Below, one piece after another: positions 1 to 9,076 of a stretch of DNA of 32,000 nucleotides. The notes below the pieces were generated by a model that saw only the letters and a list, made by a program, of their open reading frames with translations, was not told where the DNA came from and searched no databases. Made by a program: the position numbers and the translations under genes. Each line of letters opens with the position of its first letter. Position 1 is the first letter of the stretch. This stretch comes from Candidatus Harpocratesius repetitus (GTDB lineage Archaea > Asgardarchaeota > Lokiarchaeia > Sigyniarchaeales > Promethearchaeaceae), in contig JAIZWK010000001.1 in NCBI GenBank assembly GCA_021498095.1, forward strand, positions 4,140,001 to 4,172,000. Reading direction: 5' to 3'.

Positions 1-146
1 AACACATCAACAATATAATATTTTAAATTAGACATGGGGATTCACTTTTGTAAAGAAGGAAGTCATAGACGTATTCTTCAATGAGATATAAAAGTAAATA
101 AAGCCAAAAAAGTTTTCAAGCAATTTTTCACTAAAATACGAAAAAA

Positions 147-542
147 TTAATCTTTTGCAACATCTCGATATGCAAAATGTGAAATATAATAATCCAAAGA
201 TTCTTTTACAGCTCGTTTAACAAGTGGAATATATTCATTACTATTTAATGTACGTAATAAAATTCGCTCTAATTCAAGAAACATTTCGGATACGTATTTT
301 TTTCTAGCTTCTGGGATCATTGTTCGAAATTCTCCAATTGGTACCATTCGTTTTTTTTGCCATTCTTGAATTGCCATCAAAAAGAAACCGCGCATAGCGA
401 GTTCTTCCATTTCGATATAGTTTAAAGCAACTTTAACTAATTGATCAACAATTTTTCTTTGTTCTTTTAGGAGAGTAACTCGTGCTAAAGATTCTCTGGC
501 GCGAATTAAATCATCAGCTTTAAATAAATTCCCTTTATGCAA
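147..542 (-). CDS. Hypothetical alpha-helical protein (131 aa)
   Basis: TTG-start ORF with protein-like composition and a purine-rich SD-like stretch (GGAGAGGGTGTGG) just upstream on the minus strand; no motif recognised. Confidence 0.6.
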   Translation of the reverse strand: MHKGNLFKADDLIRARESLARVTLLKEQRKIVDQLVKVALNYIEMEELAMRGFFLMAIQEWQKKRMVPIGEFRTMIPEARKKYVSEMFLELERILLRTLNSNEYIPLVKRAVKESLDYYISHFAYRDVAKD

Positions 543-697
543 AGATTACCACACCCTCTCCTTCTTCTAATTTAACATATTTATATCAATATCGAGATTT
601 AAAAATACTGCTTTGGAAATATATGTATTCTGTATTAGTTCATAATTTGTGAAATTTAAATATGGTTGAAAATGAAAAAAAAAAGGAACAATGTCAA

Positions 698-2395
698 TTA
701 AAACCAGATAGTTTTGCGAATATGATGAATGTAATCTTGGATTTCATTTTGAATTCGTTCAGAGTCCCATTTCATTTTTACAGCGAGAATTTTTGCTACT
801 TTTTCAGCAATTACTTCTTGTTGATCATGTCGAACTTTCATAAAAATTTCAGTTCGACGGCGAAGTATGTCTACTAAATGCACTATATATTCATGTTCAA
901 TAATGTACTCAATTTCTGCAGGAATGAATGGATGGCCGGATAAAAGCGGAACACCTAAATCAGAATTATTTTTTACCATTATTACAATTTCCTTTGCGCC
1001 TTTGCCATATTGTTGATATAGATGACTTAAAATCTGTTCTGATAGTGTTGTTGAAGTCTCTTGAAGAAACTTTCGCCACTCTTGTTTAGAAAGATTAACC
1101 AAGAATGGACGACGAGAAAAATTCTTCTTTTTCATTTTCTTAGGAATTCTGGCAGCAAGTTTAGGATCCTTTTTAAAAAGGTGAAATAGCAAGTCTTCAG
1201 CCATTTTTCGGTAGGTTGTTAGTTTTCCTCCGCACAAAGTGGTTAATCCATCACTGGCATCTAAGATTACATGTTTACGAGATACTTCACTCTCAGATTT
1301 GCCTTCTTCCATTACAAGCGGACGAATACCTGCATATGTTGAAATAATATCGTCATAAGTCAAGTTTGCCTTAGGAAACAAATAATTGACAGTATGAAAA
1401 AGATAATCACAATCTTCTTTAGTACAATATGGTTGAGCAAGATCTTCATTCGGTTGACCATTTTTCTTATCAATATAATCTGTATCAGTTGTACCAATTA
1501 AGGTTATATCTTCTCGATTAAGGACAAAAAATACCCGCCCATCATCTATTGATTTTAAGCCAATTCCATCCCGATTCCCAATTTTGTCAATAGGCACAGC
1601 CACATGAACTCCCTTAGTGGGCCGAATTACCTTTCGATGACCAGGTGGTAACAAATCATCCGTCCAAATTCCTGTAGCATTAATGAAATGTCGCCCTTTA
1701 ATATGAAATTGTTCATTTGAGATTAAATCGTGGACTTTAAGAGAAATAATCTTTCCATTCTTACGTTCAAATCCATCTGCTTTAACATAATTAACTGCAA
1801 TTGTTGATCCAAGAAATACTGCTTCCTTTATAGTTTCAAGAGTTAAACGAGCATCATCAACATTTGTATCGTAATATTCACCAATCATCTGAAGATCGTC
1901 AAAACGCATATTTGGTTGAATTCTTTCTGCTTCTTCTTTTGTGTAAAATTTGTGTTCGGCATACTGTTTAAATTTGGAACAGCAATTAGAGAGAAAATCA
2001 TATAGGCAAATTCCAATTTTAACCTCTTTGGGAGTAATACCCATCTTTTTATCCGCAATCATGTACATTTTTAGTGGTCGACAATTATGGGAGAAGTGAG
2101 ATCTCAGCCAATTTCGTTCAGTTGTTGCTTCTCGAACGAGTTTAAATTCAGCTTGGGAAAGATAACGAAATCCCCCATGGGCTAATTTTGAAGAGCGAGA
2201 GGAAGTCCCAAAAGCAAAATCATTCATGTCGATCAACGCAGTCTTTATTCCACGAAGAGCCGCTTCTCGTGCAATTCCTGCTCCAGTAATCCCTCCACCA
2301 ATTATTACTAATTCAAATTCTTCAGATTTCAGTTTTTTGATATGATCTTGCCGAAAATTATTTGACCAATCTATTTTAACAATTGAGTTAGACAT
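698..2395 (-). CDS. glpD: FAD-dependent glycerol-3-phosphate dehydrogenase/oxidase (GlpD/GlpA family)
   Basis: FAD-binding IIGGGITGAG, family signatures TSSRSSKLAHGGFRYL, DDARL, IGTTD, YAGIRPL, GGKLTTYRKMAED, and C-terminal DILRRRT. Confidence 0.92.
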   Translation of the reverse strand: MSNSIVKIDWSNNFRQDHIKKLKSEEFELVIIGGGITGAGIAREAALRGIKTALIDMNDFAFGTSSRSSKLAHGGFRYLSQAEFKLVREATTERNWLRSHFSHNCRPLKMYMIADKKMGITPKEVKIGICLYDFLSNCCSKFKQYAEHKFYTKEEAERIQPNMRFDDLQMIGEYYDTNVDDARLTLETIKEAVFLGSTIAVNYVKADGFERKNGKIISLKVHDLISNEQFHIKGRHFINATGIWTDDLLPPGHRKVIRPTKGVHVAVPIDKIGNRDGIGLKSIDDGRVFFVLNREDITLIGTTDTDYIDKKNGQPNEDLAQPYCTKEDCDYLFHTVNYLFPKANLTYDDIISTYAGIRPLVMEEGKSESEVSRKHVILDASDGLTTLCGGKLTTYRKMAEDLLFHLFKKDPKLAARIPKKMKKKNFSRRPFLVNLSKQEWRKFLQETSTTLSEQILSHLYQQYGKGAKEIVIMVKNNSDLGVPLLSGHPFIPAEIEYIIEHEYIVHLVDILRRRTEIFMKVRHDQQEVIAEKVAKILAVKMKWDSERIQNEIQDYIHHIRKTIWF

Positions 2396-2623
2396 TCATC
2401 CATTCACATCATTTACAATATATTTGAAATATTTATTAATCTTCGATAAGAAAGCCGTATTATTAAAAATATTGCTCCAACTTTTCTAGAATTCGCTAGA
2501 ATTTGACTTTTTCACTTTTTTTATTCTAAATGTAAAAAATGGAATTGAATTAGTATCAAAAATATTAATACATATATTCGTATTTTTCATATTATTCAAA
2601 TAAATGATGTGCAATAACGCCCC

Positions 2624-3817
2624 ATGACTGAAAAAAAGGAAAAAAGCCTCGTTTCAATAAAAAATGAATTATTAGAGGCGTGTAAAGGAATTCAAGACTA
2701 TTTGGTAAAAATTCGGCGCTATTTTCATCAACATCCCGAATTACAGTATCAAGAAAAAAATACTCAAGATTTCATTTTAAAAGAATTAAAAAAAATGGGA
2801 ATTGAAGGCAAAATAACGGCAAAGACAGGAGTAATCGCTAAAATCACAGGAGAATTACCAGGATCATGCATAGCCTTAAGAGCAGATATGGACGCTCTGG
2901 CGATTTCAGAAGAAAATACCATAGAATATCGAAGTAAAACACCTGGAATTATGCACGCTTGTGGTCACGATGCCCATATGGCTTCTTTGCTGGGGGCAGC
3001 TAAAATAATTAATCAATATCGTTCACATCTACATGGAACATTAAAATTAATTTTTCAACCAGCTGAAGAAGGTGGAGGAGGGGCTCAAAAAATCGTGAAT
3101 GAAGGCCATTTACAAGATGTTGATCAAATTTATGGTATTCATGTATGGTTGCCTCTTCAATCTGGTACAATAGGATTGAATCCAGGAATTCTTATGGCTT
3201 CAGCAGATATGTTCCAAATTATAGTTACAGGAATAGGCGGACACGCTGCTTTTCCCCAATTGTCTATCGATCCAACTGTTGTAGTGAGTGAAATATATGA
3301 TGCACTTCAAAAGTTGATTACTCGAGAAATTAATCCATTACATACTGTTCTTATTACTACTCCTGAATTTCAAGGGAGTAATGCAGGTAATATTATCCCG
3401 TCAAAGGCAATTCTCTCAGGAACTTTACGTACGTTTGATGAAAATGATCGAAAATATGTATTAAAACGAATAAAGGAAATTTGCACTCTGTATGCAAAAG
3501 CTTGGCGATGTGAATGTGAACTAAATCTTTTGGGAGTTTCTTATCCATCTGTAATTAACTCAACACATCTTGTTAAGAAAATAAAACCAATCCTAAAAGA
3601 TCTTGGACCTATTACTGAAGTGGAACCAACGATGGGAGGAGAAGATTTTGCCTTTTATCAACAAGAAACTGAAGGTGTATTTCTATTTTTGGGAATTCAA
3701 AATAAAGAAAAGGACATTATTTATCCTCATCATCATGCCAAATTTAATATTGATGAAGATATATTGTGGAAAGCATCTGCAATATACTCGCTTTTAGCAT
3801 TCTCTGATTCGATTTAA
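2624..3817 (+). CDS. M20D-family amidohydrolase (aminoacylase/hippuricase-like)
   Basis: RRYFHQHPEL, ALRADMDAL, MHACGHDAH, FQPAEEG, GGHAA, EDFAFY and HHH-x-x-F motifs typical of M20 Acy1-like enzymes. Confidence 0.92.
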   Translation: MTEKKEKSLVSIKNELLEACKGIQDYLVKIRRYFHQHPELQYQEKNTQDFILKELKKMGIEGKITAKTGVIAKITGELPGSCIALRADMDALAISEENTIEYRSKTPGIMHACGHDAHMASLLGAAKIINQYRSHLHGTLKLIFQPAEEGGGGAQKIVNEGHLQDVDQIYGIHVWLPLQSGTIGLNPGILMASADMFQIIVTGIGGHAAFPQLSIDPTVVVSEIYDALQKLITREINPLHTVLITTPEFQGSNAGNIIPSKAILSGTLRTFDENDRKYVLKRIKEICTLYAKAWRCECELNLLGVSYPSVINSTHLVKKIKPILKDLGPITEVEPTMGGEDFAFYQQETEGVFLFLGIQNKEKDIIYPHHHAKFNIDEDILWKASAIYSLLAFSDSI

Positions 3818-3894
3818 AATAATTTAAAGAATTCAATATTCAATTTTAGTCTTAATGACTCTGAATGCAATATTCAATTTTTCTTTAATAATTC

Positions 3895-4731
3895 TTAGTG
3901 CTCTTTTTCTTCTTTCAATCCCATGTAAAGCAGTATTACTGCAGGAACTATACCAATATTTATAATTAAATTGATTTTTCGCCCAATTTCTGAATTTAAC
4001 CAATTAAAGACAAAACTTCCCACTATTACTAAATCCATCAAAATCATTCCTGAAAGAGTCATTATATATTTTTTACCATAAATGTCTGATCTCCCAATTT
4101 CTTTATATTGTTTAATCCCAGTCGTAATAATTAAAATGACTAAACTCTGAGAAATCACCATTCCATATAAAAAGAATGCAGTAGACCAGACAGGAACGCC
4201 TAAATCTAAAGGATCAAGTGATTTCTGGTTGTATCCTTCAATACCTTGAAGCCCATTTTTATATTCAAACACAACACCATCTGGAATAAAGAATAATACT
4301 GATAATAAGCAGATGTAAATGAAAGTATAAAGAATCTGTCTTTTTAAAGGAAATCCAACTTGAGATTTTCTGATAATTTGAGCAAAAAAATAGATATTGA
4401 TTAGACCTAAACAAGAAAGTGTAATAGTAAATTTATTTCCAATAATGTTAAATTCATAGGAATCTATTGCGCGATATAAAATATTAATTAAAATTCCGAT
4501 AGCAGGAATGATGAACACTAATGCAAGAGTAATTGATATACGATTTCGTTTTCGAGCTAAAGCTTTAATTGACAAATAAATAAAAAGCATTAAAATTAAG
4601 CCATAAATCACATATACTTGAAGAATTACTGTCGATACCATACTAAATATCAAATATGCAACTATATTTTTTAATTTATCATTCACTATGTAATTGATCT
4701 TTTTTCTTCTATTTAAGATTAATTCATTCAT
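3895..4731 (-). CDS. Stand-alone multi-pass (about 7 TM) membrane protein
   Basis: About seven hydrophobic segments with a polar loop of roughly 30 aa between the 4th and 5th; no soluble catalytic domain. True start may lie downstream. Confidence 0.7.
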   Translation of the reverse strand: MNELILNRRKKINYIVNDKLKNIVAYLIFSMVSTVILQVYVIYGLILMLFIYLSIKALARKRNRISITLALVFIIPAIGILINILYRAIDSYEFNIIGNKFTITLSCLGLINIYFFAQIIRKSQVGFPLKRQILYTFIYICLLSVLFFIPDGVVFEYKNGLQGIEGYNQKSLDPLDLGVPVWSTAFFLYGMVISQSLVILIITTGIKQYKEIGRSDIYGKKYIMTLSGMILMDLVIVGSFVFNWLNSEIGRKINLIINIGIVPAVILLYMGLKEEKEH

Positions 4732-4868
4732 TAATCTATGAATATATTATTCTTTTCACCTCATGGATGACATATATAATGGATACCGATGATTTGAGCA
4801 TATTCCAAGAAATTCATTCAATTCTAACTCTTTTACGGTAGGATCGTTTCTTTTTATCAGAAATCGTT

Positions 4869-7601
4869 GTGTCTGCCATATATTATACAAAAAACACCGA
4901 ACTGCATGATCTATGGAACGTCCCCGAAGGAAAAGAAATCTTCCTTGAAAAAATAACCGATAGCGGCGAAACGTTCAAAGCCAAAGAAGACGGTTTCGTT
5001 TACCAATTCGATAAAGAAACCAATGAATTTTCCACCCTCAAATCCACCGAGCAGATAATCGTCACTAATTGGCTCACCGATGCCCGAAAAATCTCTGTGG
5101 TTGACCCAATTTCTAATTCGATAGTTAAGAAAATCCTCGGCATAAATCTTCCCGATTATCAGACAATGCAGGAAAATATTATCGAAGATGAATCTCTCAA
5201 TCCGAATGCTGAATATTGGAAAGATAACATACAACTTTTCACCAACTTTAATTACAGGTATATTAATTTAATCGGACACGAAAATGGATTTCACTATAAA
5301 AAAGCAGGAATGAATGATGATACACTGATAAAGATCAATGTTGATAAAAATATCGATATGAGCTTGGAGCAGATTCTTAAGGAGCTCGGATTTGAAAATG
5401 TAAAAGGTGTTGAGGATGGAAAAATCCCGCTCGGATTAATTAAAAACCCGAAAATTCAAATGTTGTTTCTACCGATTAAAATTGGAGAAGAAATCTATCA
5501 AATTTTCTCGTATCCAGATAGTCAAACTGTTAAAATTTTGGTAAATGATAAGATAGAAAGTGTGAAAACTGAAAAAGATCAAGAAATACCTTTATATACA
5601 AATATGAATTGGCGGAAAGGCTTGTTTGAAATTAGACTACTTTCATTTGCTTTTAAAAATATTGCAAAAAATCATATTGCTGGAATAAGGCGATATTATA
5701 AAAATAGAAAAAATGCAAATGGATGGAATTTTAAATTAGGCTTACAAAAAATTAGAACTACATTAAAAAATATTTATAAAAATGTTCCTGATATCGCAGA
5801 ACAGCTAAGAAACTTATTTTTTGATTTTAATGCTTTGGATAAAGACCTTCCAGGCGCCGGCACAGAATTAAGAGAGCACTTTTTCGATGAATCTATAGAT
5901 GGATTGAAATATATCAATGAAATAAAGGAATTGTATGAAGCGGATGAAACTCATAAATACTGGCGAATTGTAAGCAAAAATATGAAGACTAAAAAATTAA
6001 TTTGGAAAAAAGAAGTAATTAATCAAATTGAACATATTTTATATAAAATCAGTGAAATTTCCCAAAATGCAGGAGGTTTTTCTTATAAAAATATTGCTGT
6101 TAATCCAAAAGGTGCTGCTAAATATTTGACCCAATTTTTGCAGAAAAGACTTGGATACAGCGAATATTTACAATTTATTAAAGATAAAAGATTAGAAAAT
6201 ATCAACAAATTAAGTTCTGCTTCACAAATTCACGAATGGGAACTGATGCACGCAGCTTGGATTTCTTTGGCATCCCTTTTTACCAATATCGAGGCACTCC
6301 GTTCTACTATTGACTATCTGGTTGAAAATAAATTAGAAACCCCAGATCAAAAAAGAGTTCAAGACTATATTAGCGAAAAAGTAGTTGATGATCATCACTA
6401 CTATGTGCCCCCCAACGCCCTTCCCGACCCAATTATAATAATTGGTGCCAAAAAAACCTCATTTATTGCTAATTTCATACAATTCGGAAAGCAAAAAAGT
6501 GAAGTAATCGATTCGGGAAGAGAAGTGCTGGTTTTCGGTAGTATGGTCGGTCAAATTCAAAATGATGAGGCTCATACAATCAAATTCTTCCAACTCGGCA
6601 CCCCCATCTCAGATGCCGCTAAAGACATTGTCCCCACCACGCCTTCACCCTATTCCATGATAATTCCGCAGTTTTCGATGGATTTGTGGGACCCGGTTAA
6701 AAGAGAATATTATAAAACCAACGAACCCGATATAAATAATGGAATTGAGCGCTTCGTTATGGATTTTCTGGTATTTGAGAACATGCTGAATTTACTTGGA
6801 GCGGACGGCAGTTCGATTAATTGGCGCTATCCCGGTATTTACGGCGTGGGAATGCATGGTAAAAAGGAAACTAATACTGAATATTATACTAAAAAAGCGC
6901 GCAAGGTGTGGACAGCCTTCCAGAACGGCTTATCCATGATAAACATATTTAATAATCAAGAAAGTATTAATACATTTACGAAGATGATGAAAAACAAAAT
7001 TGGTGGAGACGCTTCTAAAATGGTGCTGATTGAACTTGAAGACTGTCGAGCCTTTTTCAACCTACGCAATCTTGCCGAATTTCAAGGCTCCAGCATTCGA
7101 GACTCTGTATCCGTGCTTGCAAAGTGGGTTTATGAGCAGTATACGCTGCATTCATCCGAGCAGGATTTAAAAGATTCAAATTTAAAGATGAAAAGTTTTT
7201 ACAACGATATTAAGTTGATGATGAAAGCAAGAGGTGGTGGAGGAAATGCATACATTGCTACATGGAACCGAATCGAAGGAATCATCAAGGCATTCGGCGT
7301 TAAAGGTGAAACCATAACAATTAAAATAAGTAAAGATAAATCAATTGAATACTTCGTTCCCACTTTAGATGAGAACGGCAACATTCAATTTGACTCCCGA
7401 CTCGACCGGTGGTATGCCCAGATTGAAAATCCTGTAGGCATCTTCAATTCAAATTCACAGTTGTTAATGCTGAAGCAGTGTTTCGCATACTATTTGAAAT
7501 ACAAGAACGAAATGCGCTTGTACTACGAAGAATATGCCGATGAAAGTGCCATGAATAATTTTGATGCATATTTGGATGCGATTGAGGGATTTGTCGGATA
7601 G
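4869..7601 (+). CDS. Large orphan hypothetical protein (910 aa), compositionally mosaic; possible polymorphic effector
   Basis: 2.7-kb open frame with GTG start and no recognisable motif; contains one copy of the 93-bp repeat; GC content varies sharply along the gene. Confidence 0.72.
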   Translation: MSAIYYTKNTELHDLWNVPEGKEIFLEKITDSGETFKAKEDGFVYQFDKETNEFSTLKSTEQIIVTNWLTDARKISVVDPISNSIVKKILGINLPDYQTMQENIIEDESLNPNAEYWKDNIQLFTNFNYRYINLIGHENGFHYKKAGMNDDTLIKINVDKNIDMSLEQILKELGFENVKGVEDGKIPLGLIKNPKIQMLFLPIKIGEEIYQIFSYPDSQTVKILVNDKIESVKTEKDQEIPLYTNMNWRKGLFEIRLLSFAFKNIAKNHIAGIRRYYKNRKNANGWNFKLGLQKIRTTLKNIYKNVPDIAEQLRNLFFDFNALDKDLPGAGTELREHFFDESIDGLKYINEIKELYEADETHKYWRIVSKNMKTKKLIWKKEVINQIEHILYKISEISQNAGGFSYKNIAVNPKGAAKYLTQFLQKRLGYSEYLQFIKDKRLENINKLSSASQIHEWELMHAAWISLASLFTNIEALRSTIDYLVENKLETPDQKRVQDYISEKVVDDHHYYVPPNALPDPIIIIGAKKTSFIANFIQFGKQKSEVIDSGREVLVFGSMVGQIQNDEAHTIKFFQLGTPISDAAKDIVPTTPSPYSMIIPQFSMDLWDPVKREYYKTNEPDINNGIERFVMDFLVFENMLNLLGADGSSINWRYPGIYGVGMHGKKETNTEYYTKKARKVWTAFQNGLSMINIFNNQESINTFTKMMKNKIGGDASKMVLIELEDCRAFFNLRNLAEFQGSSIRDSVSVLAKWVYEQYTLHSSEQDLKDSNLKMKSFYNDIKLMMKARGGGGNAYIATWNRIEGIIKAFGVKGETITIKISKDKSIEYFVPTLDENGNIQFDSRLDRWYAQIENPVGIFNSNSQLLMLKQCFAYYLKYKNEMRLYYEEYADESAMNNFDAYLDAIEGFVG
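5817..5909 (+). repeat. 93-bp direct repeat, copy 1 (inside the 910-aa ORF; encodes FFDFNALDKDLPGAGTELREHFFDESIDGLK)
   Basis: Manual alignment with 8693-8785: 89/93 identical, no gaps; mismatches at 5831/8707, 5861/8737, 5895/8771, 5902/8778. Confidence 0.97.
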
Positions 7602-7642
7602 AAGATTGGTCTGCCCAAGAGCGGGTTAATTTTTTAATATCG

Positions 7643-7651
7643 TTTTTTTTT
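7643..7651 (+). terminator. Possible archaeal oligo-T terminator after the 910-aa ORF
   Basis: T9 run about 40 nt after the stop codon, preceded by another T-run. Confidence 0.35.
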
Positions 7652-7706
7652 AATATACATTGGATAAGAAAATAAATGGAAATGGAAAAAAAATGGATGA
7701 AGCATT

Positions 7707-8657
7707 ATGCATAATGAAAATCCAAAATATGTGAGATACAGTCAAATTTATAGCGATAAAATAGTATTAACACTGGTTAGGCAGGATTTTGATGTTAAAA
7801 ATTGGAAAGATGTTGATAAAGTATATAAATTAGAAGCATACGATTGTATTTATCCCAATAATGAAGCAGATTTTTCAGCTTTCATTAACTGTAAAGAAAT
7901 TGAAATATCTGGAGAAAATCAGCTGCGGGTGGTTAAATGGCCGCCGAAAATAGAATCAATTCTAATTTTTGAATTTCCAAATCTAAAAATACCCCTAAAG
8001 TGCGACCAATACCAATATTTAAGGAAATTCACAACTATTGCTGCCGTTTTAGATGACTACAACATAGATTTCGCCCATTGCTATCGCCTGCGGGAAATTT
8101 CAATTGGTGAAGACTTTCTTTGCGAGTGGTATGCAAATATGTTCGATGGTGAAAAAATAACGCTGCCGCCCAAAAACGATGGAAAGCACCGCATGAAGCA
8201 GGTTCCCATCAATTGGGCATTCTGCATTTCATTAGAAAAATTGAAATTAAATAGTTTACGCGAAGTAAAGGAAATTCCGATTGAATTTACCCATAATCCT
8301 GAATTATGGATTAACATTTCAAATCTTCCTCATATTCCTCATATTTCATTTCTGCTGATTGAGTTCTGGGACTGCACCCAGTTTGAAAACAGCGAAAATT
8401 TCATGCTGATTTTTGATTCGTTCATCCATCCCCGAAAGCAGAAGAATATCGAGCGCTATAAAGAGTGGGAGAAACTATATTTTGAAGAATACGGGTTTGA
8501 AACTACGTGGACTGCTGAGCGGATTAAATTTATGGATTACGCTTTAATTGCTGCGGAGCAAATTCCAGAAAAAGAACTGCGAGAGGAATATATAAGGTGG
8601 GCAAAAAACTTTAGGCCTAAGTTTAAATTGAAAAGCGGCTACGAGATTATCATGTAA
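7707..8657 (+). CDS. Hypothetical protein with leucine-rich-repeat-like segments (316 aa); possible immunity protein
   Basis: Repeated LxxLxL/I-type patterns (CDQYQYLRKFTTI, FAHCYRLREISI, WAFCISLEKLKLNSLREVKEIP, INISNLPHIP) and a helical C-terminus. Confidence 0.6.
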   Translation: MHNENPKYVRYSQIYSDKIVLTLVRQDFDVKNWKDVDKVYKLEAYDCIYPNNEADFSAFINCKEIEISGENQLRVVKWPPKIESILIFEFPNLKIPLKCDQYQYLRKFTTIAAVLDDYNIDFAHCYRLREISIGEDFLCEWYANMFDGEKITLPPKNDGKHRMKQVPINWAFCISLEKLKLNSLREVKEIPIEFTHNPELWINISNLPHIPHISFLLIEFWDCTQFENSENFMLIFDSFIHPRKQKNIERYKEWEKLYFEEYGFETTWTAERIKFMDYALIAAEQIPEKELREEYIRWAKNFRPKFKLKSGYEIIM

Positions 8658-8659
8658 GA

Positions 8660-8896
8660 TTGTTATATTTTAAACTAATTTGGTTTACAAATTTTTTTGA
8701 TTTTAACGCTTTGGATAAAGACCTTCCAGGCGCCGGTACAGAATTAAGAGAGCACTTTTTCGATGAATCTTTAGATGAATTGAAAACTGATCATGTCTTA
8801 TTTTTTCTTTTATTTTATCTATTCCCCATTTTGATCCCACCTATTATAGATGGAAAAATTAAAGGGAAATCACAGATATATTTTATTACTGATTGA
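8660..8896 (+). pseudogene. Gene relic carrying an in-frame copy of an internal peptide of the 910-aa ORF
   Basis: Translation contains FFDFNALDKDLPGAGTELREHFFDESLDELK; the flanks are T-rich and look non-coding. Confidence 0.45.
8693..8785 (+). repeat. 93-bp direct repeat, copy 2
   Basis: 89/93 identity to 5817-5909; offset 2876 bp. Confidence 0.97.
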
Positions 8897-8911
8897 TTTA
8901 GTGATTATTTT

Positions 8912-9076
8912 ATGGCGAAAAAAACCACCAAGAAATCGAAATCTTCTTCAAAATCGAAATCTCAAGATAAGAATAAACCAACTAAAAAAGATATAGAATT
9001 AGAAAAAACGAAAAAAGATGCAGATTTGGAGAAAAAGGAAAATAAAGCTCAAGAACCCTCAACTGAAAAGTTGTGA
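8912..9076 (+). CDS. Short Lys/Ser-rich ORF (54 aa, not in the ORF track); probably the N-terminus of the following membrane protein
   Basis: Manual translation: MAKKTTKKSKSSSKSKSQDKNKPTKKDIELEKTKKDADLEKKENKAQEPSTEKL*. ATG at 8912; stop overlaps the GTG of 9073..9387. Confidence 0.6.
   Translation: MAKKTTKKSKSSSKSKSQDKNKPTKKDIELEKTKKDADLEKKENKAQEPSTEKL

Noticed and set aside
662-877. Short antisense or overlapping ORFs in the track (662..877, 3603..3797, 4911..5234, 7199..7384, 8081..8317, 9285..9482, 11800..12012, 16512..16775, 18095..18376, 18395..18811, 19897..20085, 21153..21359, 21392..21706, 22169..22381, 24430..24636, 24521..24706, 26855..27076, 27759..27965, 29325..29513, 30326..30583, 30537..30755)
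   Set aside because: They overlap better-supported genes and show no motifs; treated as shadow ORFs.
2484-2503. CTAGAATT direct repeat (10-bp period) with a TTCTAGAA palindrome in the glpD/amidohydrolase divergent region
   Set aside because: Could be an operator, but it is short and AT-rich with no second occurrence or cognate regulator identified; chance cannot be excluded.
5817-8785. Diversity-generating retroelement template/variable repeat pair
   Set aside because: The four mismatches (T/C, C/T, A/T, G/A) are not confined to adenines of either copy on either strand, and no reverse transcriptase lies in the window.
8786-8896. TM anchor in the tail of the 78-aa ORF (VLFFLLFYLFPILIPPII)
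   Set aside because: Hydrophobicity is explained by T-rich intergenic DNA upstream of the 8912 start; not accepted as a real domain without expression evidence.
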